A stretch of DNA of 63,860 nt, filler included, from 5 parts of 5 records of this genome joined end to end with filler, not necessarily neighbours in it, one strand, 5' to 3'; counted from the first letter of the whole stretch, positions 44,502 to 55,046 are shown. Program-made: numbers and translations. The notes: generated by a model not told the origin, from the sequence alone.

Positions 44502-46315
44502 TGTTAGAAAGACTACAATTACTAATCTGTGGTGGCACGGGTTGCATGAGTTCACACTCAAAAGAACTAAAAACTGCATTTGAAAAAAAATTAAAAGCGA
44601 TGGATTTATTTCAAGAAGTAAATATTGTACTCACAGGCTGTTTTGGATTATGCGAAAGAGGACCGGTTGTTATTGTTTATCCAGATGAAACATTTTATGC
44701 TCATGTTAAAGTTGAAGATATTGATGAAATATGTGAAGAGCATATTTTAAAAGGAAGAACAATTAAACGTTTGCTTGTGAAAAATCCTGATGATCGAAAA
44801 AAAATAGCTCAAATGAGTGATTTGAAATTTTATGCTAAGCAAAAAAGAATTGCACTTAGAAATTGTGGAAATATCAATCCACTAGATATTAAAGAATATA
44901 TAGCAAAAGATGGATACTTTGCATTAGGAAATATTTTAAAACACAAGTCACCTGATGAAGTCATTGATGAAATGATTGCATCAGGACTTAGAGGTCGTGG
45001 TGGTGGTGGATTTCCAACAGGATTAAAATGGCAATTTTCAAAACGTGCAACGACACCTCAAAAGTTTGTAATTTGTAATGCTGATGAAGGTGATCCGGGT
45101 GCTTTTATGGATCGCGCTATATTAGAAGGTGATCCACATTCTATATTAGAAGCGATGGCTATATGTGGATATGCAATTGGGTCAAACCAAGGCTATATCT
45201 ATGTTAGAGCTGAATATCCAGTAGCTGTTGAAAGGCTTAATCATGCTATTAAAGAAGCAAATGCATATGGTTTACTAGGAAAAAACATATTCGATTCTAA
45301 TTTTAGTTTTCAAATCGAACTTAGACTTGGTGCTGGTGCATTTGTCTGCGGAGAAGAAACGGCTTTAATTAAGTCGATTGAAGGCTTTAGAGGGATGCCT
45401 AAACTTAAACCTCCTTTTCCTGCAATTAAAGGTTTATGGGATCAATCAAGTAATGTAAACAATGTTGAAACACTCGCAAATGTTCCTGTTATATTTTTAA
45501 AAGGGGCTTCTTGGTTTAAATCAATTGGAACTAAAGATTCACCAGGAACAAAAGTATTTGCGCTTGGTGGAAAGATTAATAATACTGGTTTAGTTGAAGT
45601 GCCGATGGGAACAACTCTTCGAGAAGTTATCTATGATATCGGTGGAGGCATTCCGAATAAAAGAAAATTTAAAGCGGTACAAACGGGTGGACCATCTGGC
45701 GGGTGTATTACAGAAAAAGATCTAGATACACCTATAGAATTTGAAACATTAAAAGCATTAGGATCTATGATGGGATCTGGTGGTATGATTATCATGGATG
45801 AAGATAATTGTATGGTGGATGTTGCAAGATTTTATCTTGATTTTACTGTTGATGAGTCATGTGGAAAGTGTACCCCTTGTCGAGAAGGTACAAAGCAAAT
45901 GTTAGAGATATTGAATCGTATTTGTGATGGTAATGGTACACATAAAGATATTGATGAACTTCAAAGTCTTGGAGAAATGATTCAAAAAACATCATTATGT
46001 GGTCTTGGACAAACTGCACCAAATCCGGTGTTATCAACTCTAAAACATTTTAGAGAAGAATATGAAGCACATGTTAATGAACATGCATGTCCTGCAGGAG
46101 TATGTGCAAATCTTACTAACTTTGTAATTAATGACAATTGTATAGGGTGTACGAAATGTGCAAGAAACTGTCCAGTCAATGCTATTTCTGGTCTACCTAA
46201 ACAATTACATGTGATTGATTTAGATTTATGTATTAAATGTGGAGCATGTAAAAAAGCATGTCCAGTAGGTGCCATTTCAAGTGAACCTAATCAAAGAGGT
46301 ATAGCATATGAATAA
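44501..46315 (+). CDS. NAD(H)/FMN-binding hydrogenase subunit (NuoF / HndC / HydB-like)
   Basis: GLRGRGGGGFPTG, NADEGDPGAFMD, FVCGEETAL, ESCGKCTPCREG and two C-terminal 4Fe-4S motifs. Confidence 0.93.
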   Translation: MLERLQLLICGGTGCMSSHSKELKTAFEKKLKAMDLFQEVNIVLTGCFGLCERGPVVIVYPDETFYAHVKVEDIDEICEEHILKGRTIKRLLVKNPDDRKKIAQMSDLKFYAKQKRIALRNCGNINPLDIKEYIAKDGYFALGNILKHKSPDEVIDEMIASGLRGRGGGGFPTGLKWQFSKRATTPQKFVICNADEGDPGAFMDRAILEGDPHSILEAMAICGYAIGSNQGYIYVRAEYPVAVERLNHAIKEANAYGLLGKNIFDSNFSFQIELRLGAGAFVCGEETALIKSIEGFRGMPKLKPPFPAIKGLWDQSSNVNNVETLANVPVIFLKGASWFKSIGTKDSPGTKVFALGGKINNTGLVEVPMGTTLREVIYDIGGGIPNKRKFKAVQTGGPSGGCITEKDLDTPIEFETLKALGSMMGSGGMIIMDEDNCMVDVARFYLDFTVDESCGKCTPCREGTKQMLEILNRICDGNGTHKDIDELQSLGEMIQKTSLCGLGQTAPNPVLSTLKHFREEYEAHVNEHACPAGVCANLTNFVINDNCIGCTKCARNCPVNAISGLPKQLHVIDLDLCIKCGACKKACPVGAISSEPNQRGIAYE

Positions 46316-48062
46316 AGTAAACATACAAATTAATGACCAACACATAGAAGCCGATGCTTCTCAAACAATCTTAGAAGTTGCACAAGCACATAAAATATAT
46401 ATTCCAAGATTATGTTATTTAAAAGATTTACATGAAGAAGGAAATTGTCGCATATGTTCTATTAAGGTAGAAGGACAACAAAATCTAAAACCAGCATGTA
46501 AAACAAAAGTTGAAGAAGGCATGCGTATTATTACAAATGACCAAGATGTCTATGATTATGTTTCAATGAATTTAGAACTCTTAGCAAAAAGACATCATTT
46601 TGAATGTTTTAAATGTTCAAGAGAAGATAATTGTGAATTTTTAGATTTACTTAGAAGATATTCAGTGGATAATGAGTTTTCACATATGTATGGATTTAAT
46701 CCAGAAGATTATTATTACACGGATTCATCAGGTGTTATTGTTGTTGATAGTAGCAAATGTGTATTGTGCGGAAGATGTGTATCTGCATGTGAAAAACAAT
46801 CAGGTTTAGGTATTATTGATTTTAATGAAAGAGGTGCTAATACATATATAGGTGCAGCACAATTTCATCCTTTAGAAGATGCTGGGTGTATTTATTGTGG
46901 TAAATGTATTCAAGCATGTCCTACAGGTGCATTACGTGAAAAAGATGATATCAAGCAAGTGGAAAGAGCACTACGTGATCGTTCTAAAAAAGTGGTCGTA
47001 CAAGTTGCCCCTTCAGTAAGAGCAGCACTTGGAGAATCATTTGGTTATCCAATTGGGACGAATGTAGAAGGACAAATGTTCACAGCGCTAAAAGCTATGG
47101 GATTCGATGAAATCATGGACACGAATTTTACAGCTGACTTAACCATTATGGAAGAAGGGCATGAATTCTTAAATAGATTGAATCATGGTGGGAAATTACC
47201 ATTATTTACATCTTGTTCTCCAGGATGGGTAAATTATTTAGAATTATACTATCCTGAGATGATTGATCATGTATCTTCATGTAAATCACCACAACAAATG
47301 GCTGGTGCTTTAATTAAAACTTATTATGCAGAAAAAATGAATCTAGATCCTCATGGTATTGTATCAGTATCAATTATGCCATGTATTGCTAAAAAAGCAG
47401 AAGCAAGACGTGATGATATGGGGCGTGATGGTTATCGTGATGTTGATTATGTACTCACCACACGTGAACTTGCAAGAATGATTAAAAGACATGATCTTGA
47501 TTTAAACACATTAGAACCGTCTAAACCTTATGGACAACTCGCAACTTATACCGGGGCGGGTGCGATTTTTGGTGCGACAGGTGGCGTGATGGAAGCAGCA
47601 CTTCGTACAGTATCTGAAATTTTAGAAGAAAAAACAACACCAATTGATTTTAAAATGGTACGTGGAAATACAGATATTAAAGAAGCTACGCTAGATATTA
47701 AAGGTATGAAAATTAATGTTGCTGTCGTACATGGGGGTGTTGCGATTAAAAGATTTTTAGAATCACTTAAAACAACACAAAAAACTTATCATTTTGTAGA
47801 ATTTATGGGATGTAGTGGTGGTTGTATTAATGGTGGAGGGCAACCGATTGTTCCTGCTAAAATATTAGATCAAACAGATGTAAGAAAACTTAGAGCATCA
47901 GTGCTCTATGATATTGATCGTAATAATGAGATTAGAAAATCTCATGAAAATCCATTTGTTCAAAAACTATATCAAGAATTTTTAGAAAAACCAAGTAGTC
48001 ATAAAGCGCATGAACTCCTTCATACGCACTACAAAAAGAGAAGTCCTTATGAAAACATATAA
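46308..48062 (+). CDS. [FeFe]-hydrogenase catalytic subunit, group A (HndD / HydA-like)
   Basis: H-cluster motifs TSCSPGW, MPCIAKKAE and EFMGCSGGCINGGGQP; N-terminal Fe-S domains. Confidence 0.95.
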   Translation: MNKVNIQINDQHIEADASQTILEVAQAHKIYIPRLCYLKDLHEEGNCRICSIKVEGQQNLKPACKTKVEEGMRIITNDQDVYDYVSMNLELLAKRHHFECFKCSREDNCEFLDLLRRYSVDNEFSHMYGFNPEDYYYTDSSGVIVVDSSKCVLCGRCVSACEKQSGLGIIDFNERGANTYIGAAQFHPLEDAGCIYCGKCIQACPTGALREKDDIKQVERALRDRSKKVVVQVAPSVRAALGESFGYPIGTNVEGQMFTALKAMGFDEIMDTNFTADLTIMEEGHEFLNRLNHGGKLPLFTSCSPGWVNYLELYYPEMIDHVSSCKSPQQMAGALIKTYYAEKMNLDPHGIVSVSIMPCIAKKAEARRDDMGRDGYRDVDYVLTTRELARMIKRHDLDLNTLEPSKPYGQLATYTGAGAIFGATGGVMEAALRTVSEILEEKTTPIDFKMVRGNTDIKEATLDIKGMKINVAVVHGGVAIKRFLESLKTTQKTYHFVEFMGCSGGCINGGGQPIVPAKILDQTDVRKLRASVLYDIDRNNEIRKSHENPFVQKLYQEFLEKPSSHKAHELLHTHYKKRSPYENI

Positions 48063-48930
48063 AAAGACCTATGCGATAACTTTATTGTTATTGATATGTT
48101 TATGCCTTAATGGATGTGAAGATGACAGCATTAAGATTATTGCACCATATGGTGCACCATCTTATACAACTTACTTCCTAGAAGGTTATGATGTAGATGT
48201 TGTTGAAGGGGCTGATCCATTGGTTGCAGCATTTTCATCAGATGCATATGATGTGATTATTGCACCAACAAATTTAGGCGCAAAGTTTTACACATCTTCA
48301 GAAAGTTATCAATTACTGGCTAGTGTTGTGTGGGGTAATCTTTATTTGATTAGTGAATCAGAAATCACGTTAGAAACAATGGATCAATTTGAAGTGATTG
48401 CTTTTGGACAAAATCAAACACCAGGTATTATTTTATCTTATATTTTGACCAACTTAAATATCGATGTAGAAGTGAACTATTATAGTGGAGCAAGTGAAGT
48501 GCTATCGTTGTTTTCAGGTGATCCTAGCGATGTATATTTGATTGCTGAACCGCAGTTCTCAATCCTTGAAGAAACTTATGACCTACATAGTATAGACCTA
48601 CAAACATATTATCAAAATGTGAGTGGTTATGATGCTTATCCACAAGCTTCTATTTTCGTTAATCACATGCTTGATGAGGAAACAATAGAAAAACTTCAGC
48701 AAGACTTTAGATTATCTATTGAAAAATTATATAACGAACAATATGCCTCAGAAGTCGCAGCGATGTTATCAGTTCCTCAAACGAGTGTATCATCAATAAT
48801 GAACAGAACACACATAACTTATAAAGAAAGTCAAACAATTATAAATGAGGTTGAAGACTATCTTAAATTATTGAAATCATACAATTCAAAATTAATCGAT
48901 CAAATACCATCAAAAGATTTTTATCGATGA
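48049..48930 (+). CDS. NitT/TauT-type ABC substrate-binding lipoprotein
   Basis: Lipobox LNGC; APYGAP, PTNLGAK, WGNLY and YPQA motifs. Confidence 0.75.
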   Translation: MKTYKKTYAITLLLLICLCLNGCEDDSIKIIAPYGAPSYTTYFLEGYDVDVVEGADPLVAAFSSDAYDVIIAPTNLGAKFYTSSESYQLLASVVWGNLYLISESEITLETMDQFEVIAFGQNQTPGIILSYILTNLNIDVEVNYYSGASEVLSLFSGDPSDVYLIAEPQFSILEETYDLHSIDLQTYYQNVSGYDAYPQASIFVNHMLDEETIEKLQQDFRLSIEKLYNEQYASEVAAMLSVPQTSVSSIMNRTHITYKESQTIINEVEDYLKLLKSYNSKLIDQIPSKDFYR

Positions 48931-48937
48931 GTTTCTC

Positions 48938-49651
48938 ATGAAAAAAATAACATATATATCATCTGCAATAACAATTATCATCGTTTGGTACGTCATATAT
49001 ATAACTATTTCAGAGCCTTTGGTAATGCCAAGGTTGATGCAAGTCATTCAAGCATTTCAAGAAATATTAACATGGGATGGCATGTTGATAATCTCAAAGA
49101 GCTTGTTGCGTTTATTTATTGCTTTTGTAGTTTCATTGTGTTTTGGTGTTATACTTGGGGGATTGAGTGCCAAGTATAAGTGGTTTAAACATTATCAGCA
49201 GCCATTTATTGCAATGTTGCGCACCATACCTGTTATTTCGATTATTGTGATTCTATTTGTCATATTTGGATCAAGTTTATCTGTTTATGTCATTGTGTTT
49301 TTGATGATATTTCCTTTATTTTATCAACAAACACAACATACGATTGAATCAATAGATAAAGATTTGATTGATGTATTAAGGCTTAATGAATCTCATCTGA
49401 TTGAAAGTGTAAAGTTTGTGTATTTTCCAATATTGATGAAGTCGTTGAAAGTTACTTTTTTACAAGCGATTGGCCTTGGTATAAAAGTACTCGTGATGGC
49501 AGAGTATCTCATGCAAACCAATCATTCAATCGGCAAACAATTATATATAGCAAAGATAAATCTTTCTTATGATCTAGTCTACGCTTGGACCCTTATATTG
49601 ATATCTTTAACCATAGCAATAGAAATATTGATTCAAAAGATCCAAAAGTAG
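48938..49651 (+). CDS. NitT/TauT-type ABC permease
   Basis: RTIPVISII and KVLVMAEYL motifs; TM helices. Confidence 0.8.
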   Translation: MKKITYISSAITIIIVWYVIYITISEPLVMPRLMQVIQAFQEILTWDGMLIISKSLLRLFIAFVVSLCFGVILGGLSAKYKWFKHYQQPFIAMLRTIPVISIIVILFVIFGSSLSVYVIVFLMIFPLFYQQTQHTIESIDKDLIDVLRLNESHLIESVKFVYFPILMKSLKVTFLQAIGLGIKVLVMAEYLMQTNHSIGKQLYIAKINLSYDLVYAWTLILISLTIAIEILIQKIQK

Positions 49652-49841
49652 ATAAGAAAAAGATATGCCTAATGTTTTGTACGCTTAAGAAGATATATCC
49701 TTGATATGTAGAAGTCTTTTATCTAGGTAAAAGACTTTTTTTTATTTAATTAACGTAATCGTTTTCGTAACTTTTCGGCTTTATATTGACATTAACTAAA
49801 TATTTACGAAAATAACGCTTACATTTTCGTAAATATTTGCG

Positions 49842-49893
49842 TTGACTCATTAAAAAAGAAGTGATATAATGATGTTGCGAAAACGTTTACGTA
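49842..49893 (+). promoter_or_regulatory. Promoter and LacI-type operator
   Basis: TTGACT, 17-nt spacer, TATAAT with TG; CGAAAACGTTTACG near-palindrome at 49878-91. Confidence 0.65.
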
Positions 49894-49912
49894 TTTATTC
49901 GGGAGAACTATA

Positions 49913-49950
49913 ATGGTTAGAATTAAAGATATCGCATTAAAATGTGGTGT
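49913..49950 (+). CDS. LacI-family regulator, N-terminal fragment
   Basis: MVRIKDIALKCG after a GGGAG RBS; cut by the contig end. Confidence 0.65.
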
Positions 49951-50050
49951 NNNNNNNNNNNNNNNNNNNNNNNNNNNNNNNNNNNNNNNNNNNNTTAATT
50001 AATTAANNNNNNNNNNNNNNNNNNNNNNNNNNNNNNNNNNNNNNNNNNNN
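49951..50050. other. Artificial contig linker
   Basis: N/TTAATTAATTAA/N. Confidence 0.98.
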
Positions 50051-50051
50051 T

Positions 50052-50261
50052 TTTTGTACTATTTCTTCAAATGGTTCAACTTATGGAACTACATTAAGTT
50101 CTGTTACTGCTGATGGTTCAGGTAATTGGACTTTAAATGTAAAAGCAGAAAAAGCAGATAATACAGTTTCAGTAAGAAATTGTATAGTAAGATTAACAGA
50201 TGATAGTGATGCTTCTGTAACAATTGATATTGAAATTGACCAAATGGTTGTTGCAATTTAA
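50052..50261 (+). CDS. C-terminal fragment of a beta-sandwich (BACON-like) phage protein
   Basis: ...WTLNVKAEKADNTVSVRNCIVRLTDDSDASVTIDIEIDQMVVAI*; the N...R...Q pattern resembles BACON domains. Confidence 0.45.
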   Translation, partial: FCTISSNGSTYGTTLSSVTADGSGNWTLNVKAEKADNTVSVRNCIVRLTDDSDASVTIDIEIDQMVVAI

Positions 50262-50271
50262 AATAAAACCT

Positions 50272-50544
50272 ATGATTGAGATACAAGGAATTTGAGAAGT
50301 AATATTAAAGGTATTACCAGTAATAATAACAATATTAATATATTGGTTTGGAGTTGTAAGAACTAATGAAAGACAAAATGTAGAAATATTAAATATGAAA
50401 AATAATATTGATTCAACTTGTAAAAGAATAGACAAATTGGATAATGATAAAGTAGATAAATATTCTATGGATTTATTGATAAATACTTTAAACCGAATAG
50501 ATAATAAAATAGATAAATTACAGGAACAAATTAATAAAAAATAG
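50272..50544 (+). CDS. Holin-like protein (1 TM plus coiled coil), 90 aa, TGA at codon 8
   Basis: MIEIQGI(W)EVILKVLPVIITILIYWFGVV...LNRIDNKIDKLQEQINKK; fills the gap between neighbours exactly. Confidence 0.6.
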
Positions 50545-50546
50545 AA

Positions 50547-53426
50547 ATGACTTGTTTAAATAAAATATTATGGAATGTTTATAGGGGAGATACTATAAAT
50601 GTTCCTTTAATTTATGAATTAATAGACGGTGCTACATACACTATTCAATTGAGAAAAGAATATGATGATACTGAATATATCACTTTAACAATAGAAGATA
50701 CAAATATTGTAATCACTTCTGAACAAAGTGAAAATTTAGTAGAAGGTTCTTATTTAGTAGAATTAGAAGAAACCAATGTAGGAATAGTAACAACTGTTCA
50801 AACTACAAAAGTTTACATTAATGAAGATTCTACTAGAATATATGGTGAAGCTATACCCGATTGAGAAACAAAAGCAGATGTAGTAAGGGCAGAATGACCA
50901 GAAATAGTAGCAGGTTCATTTTATACAAGGTTAGAAGATGGTTCATTAGAACTTTTAACTAGTTCTGGTTCTGTAGATTTAACAGAAGTTACTAATACAA
51001 TAGCACAAGAAGTAACTGATAGAACTAATGCAGATTTAGATTTAGCTGGTACTGGTAGAACAACTGAAACGATTAAACAAAATACAGATAATTTATCTAC
51101 ACATATTGCTGATGAAAATAATCCACATTCTGTAACTAAAATACAAATTGGTTTATCAGATGTTGATAATACAAGCGATATTAATAAACCAGTATCTTCT
51201 GCTGTACAAACGGAATTAAATTTAAAATCAGATTCTACACATAATCACAGTACAGAATATGAACCAATAAATACAAATATTCAGGAACATATTAGTAATA
51301 CTACAGGTAATCCACATTTGGTAACTAAATCAGATATTGGTTTATCAAACGTACCTAATACTGATTTTACAGATGCTGTAGCTGCAAATACTGCCAAAGT
51401 TGGTATAACTACTGAACAAACAAACGATATTACAGCGAATAATGCAAAAATTAGTTATACTGATGCAAGTGATGTAACAGCTAATACAGCAGCCAGACAC
51501 ACACATTCAGAAGGTGAAACAGCAGCTATAACAGGTGCTAATTTACCTTCTGGAACTAATGTATTTGCAACTATGGATGATATTTCAGATTCAGGTAGTG
51601 GTGATATGATGAAATCAGTTTATGATACTGATAATGATGGTAAAGTAAATTCTGCTGATAATTCCGATACTGTAAATAATTTAACTGTAGAAACAGCAGT
51701 ACCAGTAGGTGCAATTTTTACAGATACAATTTATTCACACCCTGCAACACATAGTATGACAGAAGTTTCTGGATTACAAACTGAACTAAATAGTAAAGCA
51801 GAAATTTCAACTACATATACAAAAACAGAAGTAAATAGTGCTTTAGCATTAAAAGAAGATTCATTTACAAAAAGTACAGGATTTAATAAAGATTTTGGAA
51901 CAATAGCAGGTACAGTAGTTGAAGGTAATGATGTAAGATTAAGTGATGATAGAACACCATTAGCACACAATCAAAACATAAGTACAATTAATGGTTTACA
52001 AGCTGAATTAGATGGTAAAGTAGATGATTCACAAGTATTGACAAATGTACCAGCTGGTGCTTTATTTACAGATACAATTTATGATGATACAGCGATACAG
52101 GCAGAAGTAGATTTAAATACTGCTAAAACAGGAATTACTACACAACAGGCTAATAATATTTTAGCTAATAATGCAAAGATTAGCTATACAGATTCTGCTG
52201 CTGTAGGTTTAAATACTACACATAGAACTACAACTACTGGAAATCCACATAATGTAAACAAATCAGATGTAGGTTTAGGTAATGTACAAAATACAGACTT
52301 AACAGCAGATGTAGCAGCCAATACTTTAAAAGTTGGAATTACTACACAACAGGCAGCAGACATAACAGCAAATAATGCTAAAATTTCAGCTACAGGAACA
52401 GAACTAGAACCTGCTGATATTGGTGTAACAGTTCAGGGTTATGATGTTGATACAACTAAACAAGGTGTAATAACATTATCAAGTTTAGGTTTTACAGGTG
52501 ATAATGATTCAAATAATTATACACACCCTGCAAATCATTCACCTAGTATTATTACACAAGATTCTAATAATAGATTTGTAACCGATACAGAAAAAAGTAC
52601 TTGAAATGGTAAACAAGATTCTTTATTAACAAATCAAATTATTGATTGAAGTGTAACAGGCATAGAAGATTTACATATTGATAGAATACCTGCTTTAGGT
52701 TATGAACCTGCAAACAGTAATATTCAATCACATATATCAAATACAAATAATCCACATTCTGTAGATAAAACTGATGTTGGTTTAAGTAATGTTCCAAACA
52801 CCGATTTTACAACACCAGTAGCAGCAAATACTTCACATAAAAATACTACTTCTGGTAATCCACATTCTGTAACTTTATCAGAGTTAGGTTATACAGGTGA
52901 TAGTGATGCTAACAATTATGTACACCCAACAAATCATACTATTTCTGAAATAACTGGATTACAAACTACATTAGATGCTAAAGAATCTTCATTTAGTAAG
53001 AATACAGCATTTAATAAAAACTTTGGTTCTGGTTCAAGTACTGTTTGTGAAGGTGATGATTCACGTTTAAGCGATAATAGAACACCTGTAGATAGTTCTG
53101 TTACATACGTAAAAGTAGATGAAACATTAACCCAACGTTCAACAGATAATGATGGAACTTGGGACTTTTCAGCTAATGGTTTAGTAGATGCTGCAATTAG
53201 TAGTAATACTACAGTTACATTTACTAATTTACAATTAAACAAAGTTTTAAAAGTAAAAGTAGTTGTAACAAATTCAGCAACTATTACACTACCTTCTTAT
53301 GTTAGTATTTTAGATGGTTCAGCAGAAGCAAGTGGTGCAAATGGAACTTATTTCTTCTACTTCGATTGTTGAAAAAGTACAACAACAGAAGAAGTATTAT
53401 TAACAATAAGAAAGGAAGCAGCATAA
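50547..53426 (+). CDS. Phage tail fibre-like protein, 959 aa with five in-frame TGA codons
   Basis: One frame through TGA at 50862, 50895, 52602, 52647 and 53370; NPHxVTKxxxGLxNV repeats; ends in a TAATG overlap with the next gene. Confidence 0.85.
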
Positions 53427-54085
53427 TGATACCAAGTATAGGACAAATGATTCCGAGTAGTGCAGGTGGTTCTCTTATTCCATATTATGTAACAGCTTCA
53501 AATTTATATTCAACAACATTATCTTATGGGTTTGAAGGAACATACCCTACTGGGATTGAAACAGGTGATATATTAATTGGATGTTCTATCTGTTCAACAG
53601 GCACATCGGAAATTAAACCTTCTGGTTTTGATACAGTTAGTTATGAAACTCATTCAAGCTTTACTGTAACTATTTCTAAAAAAATAGCAACTGGTTTAGA
53701 AAGTGGAGATTTTACACTAACTTCGAATTCTGCTCAAATGAATGCATTTGTTATGTATGTATTCAGAGGTGCAACAGCTTCAATCCCTGTTACCAATGAA
53801 GCTTCAAGTAATATAGTAGTTGGGTCTTTAACGACAGTACCTAGCTTTTCAGTATCTAGTAATGGCTCATTAGCTGTAGCAATTATATCAATAGAAGACA
53901 ACCCAACGTGTACTTTAAGTGGTACAGGGTGGGTACAACAATCAAATAAGTCAACTACTACCTATACTGACGGTAGAATAGTTTTGGCTACTAGTGATAT
54001 GTTAACTTCTGGAGCAACATCGGTATTAGAGGCATCTCATTCCGCTGATTATAATACATATACAATATTTACTTTAAATATTTAA
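53426..54085 (+). CDS. Phage tail-associated beta-rich protein (219 aa)
   Basis: ATG coupled to the upstream TAA; S/T-rich; PTGIETGDILI and VFRG segments resemble minor tail proteins. Confidence 0.6.
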   Translation: MIPSIGQMIPSSAGGSLIPYYVTASNLYSTTLSYGFEGTYPTGIETGDILIGCSICSTGTSEIKPSGFDTVSYETHSSFTVTISKKIATGLESGDFTLTSNSAQMNAFVMYVFRGATASIPVTNEASSNIVVGSLTTVPSFSVSSNGSLAVAIISIEDNPTCTLSGTGWVQQSNKSTTTYTDGRIVLATSDMLTSGATSVLEASHSADYNTYTIFTLNI

Positions 54086-54088
54086 AAT

Positions 54089-54583
54089 ATGAAAGCAAAA
54101 ATAATAGACAACAAAATAAAAATTGGATTACCTAGAGTATATAAAGGTATTACTGGTACATATCCGGGTGGTTTTCAATTACAATCAGATGAAATACATA
54201 AACAAGAAGGATTTTATGAGATAGTAGAACCTGTTTATGATAGAGATGTTCAGAAATTAGGTGAACTTTATTGAGATGAAACTAATGAAGTATTTACTTA
54301 TCCTGTAGAAGATATAGTGTTTAATCTGGAAGATTTAAGAGAACAAAAATTAAATCAATTTTCAGATGTTTTAGATGAATTTTCAGTATTGATTACAAGA
54401 TGTAGATTAGTAAGTGGTGATGATAATGAAGGTTTAAATGCAGTAATTGAACAAACTAAAACAATGAGATTAAATACAATAAATGCTATTAATTCTATTG
54501 AAACAGTTAAAAGTATGTTAGCATTTCAAATTAAACCAGATGATGTAGAATTTATGAAATCTTTATTCAATGATTATAAATAA
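54089..54583 (+). CDS. Phage hypothetical protein (possible tail-fibre assembly), 164 aa, TGA at 54272
   Basis: ORFs 54089-54274 and 54317-54583 share a frame and join as LGELY(W)DETNEVFTYPV. Confidence 0.7.
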
Positions 54584-54584
54584 T

Positions 54585-55046
54585 ATGAAAAGATTATGAT
54601 TTAAAATAAAAAAGTTTTTGAAGCAAGTTTACAATCGAATTAAGGAAGGTTCAAAAATTTATATACCAGTTGCAATTGAAGTTGTAGAAGTGGTAAAAAA
54701 GGTACTAGAATCACCTGTAGATGATGTTATAATTTCAGTTGTTGGTTCAATTGTTCCAACATTACCAACTGTAAAAATTAACTATGTAAAAGATAAAATA
54801 GAATCAGCTTTACCTAAATTATTATTAGAATTAAATTTGATTAATACAGCAGTACAGAGTGATGATATAAATGAACAGTTGAAAGAAGTACTTAAAGTAT
54901 TTAAACTTTTACCAGATGAAGTAAAAGCAGAAAAATATCACATTTTAGCCTCTAAATTGCTAGTTATCTTAGGTGATGGTAAAATAAGTTGAAGTGAAGC
55001 AGTAATTTTTACTGAATGGTATTATCAAACATATATAAAGAAATAG
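54585..55046 (+). CDS. Phage hypothetical protein, 153 aa, TGA at 54597 and 54990
   Basis: MKRL(W)FKIKKFLKQ...DGKIS(W)SEAVIFTEWYYQTYIKK*; ATG one base after the upstream stop; terminator follows the TAG. Confidence 0.7.

Noticed and set aside
1-49950. Genetic code 4 in the Mollicutes-like contigs
   Set aside because: TGA acts as a stop (for example ATGA overlaps at 25494-97 and 36092-95) and genes are intact under table 11
51100-53100. CRISPR array or DGR template/variable repeats
   Set aside because: The repeats are degenerate, in frame and conserved at protein level; no fixed repeat-spacer period, no adenine-specific mismatch pair and no cas or RT gene seen
50272-55046. Pseudogenised prophage, selenocysteine or TGA=Gly as the explanation for the TGAs
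   Set aside because: All nine interruptions are TGA with no frameshifts or internal TAA/TAG, which decay would not produce; contexts fit Trp rather than Cys or Gly
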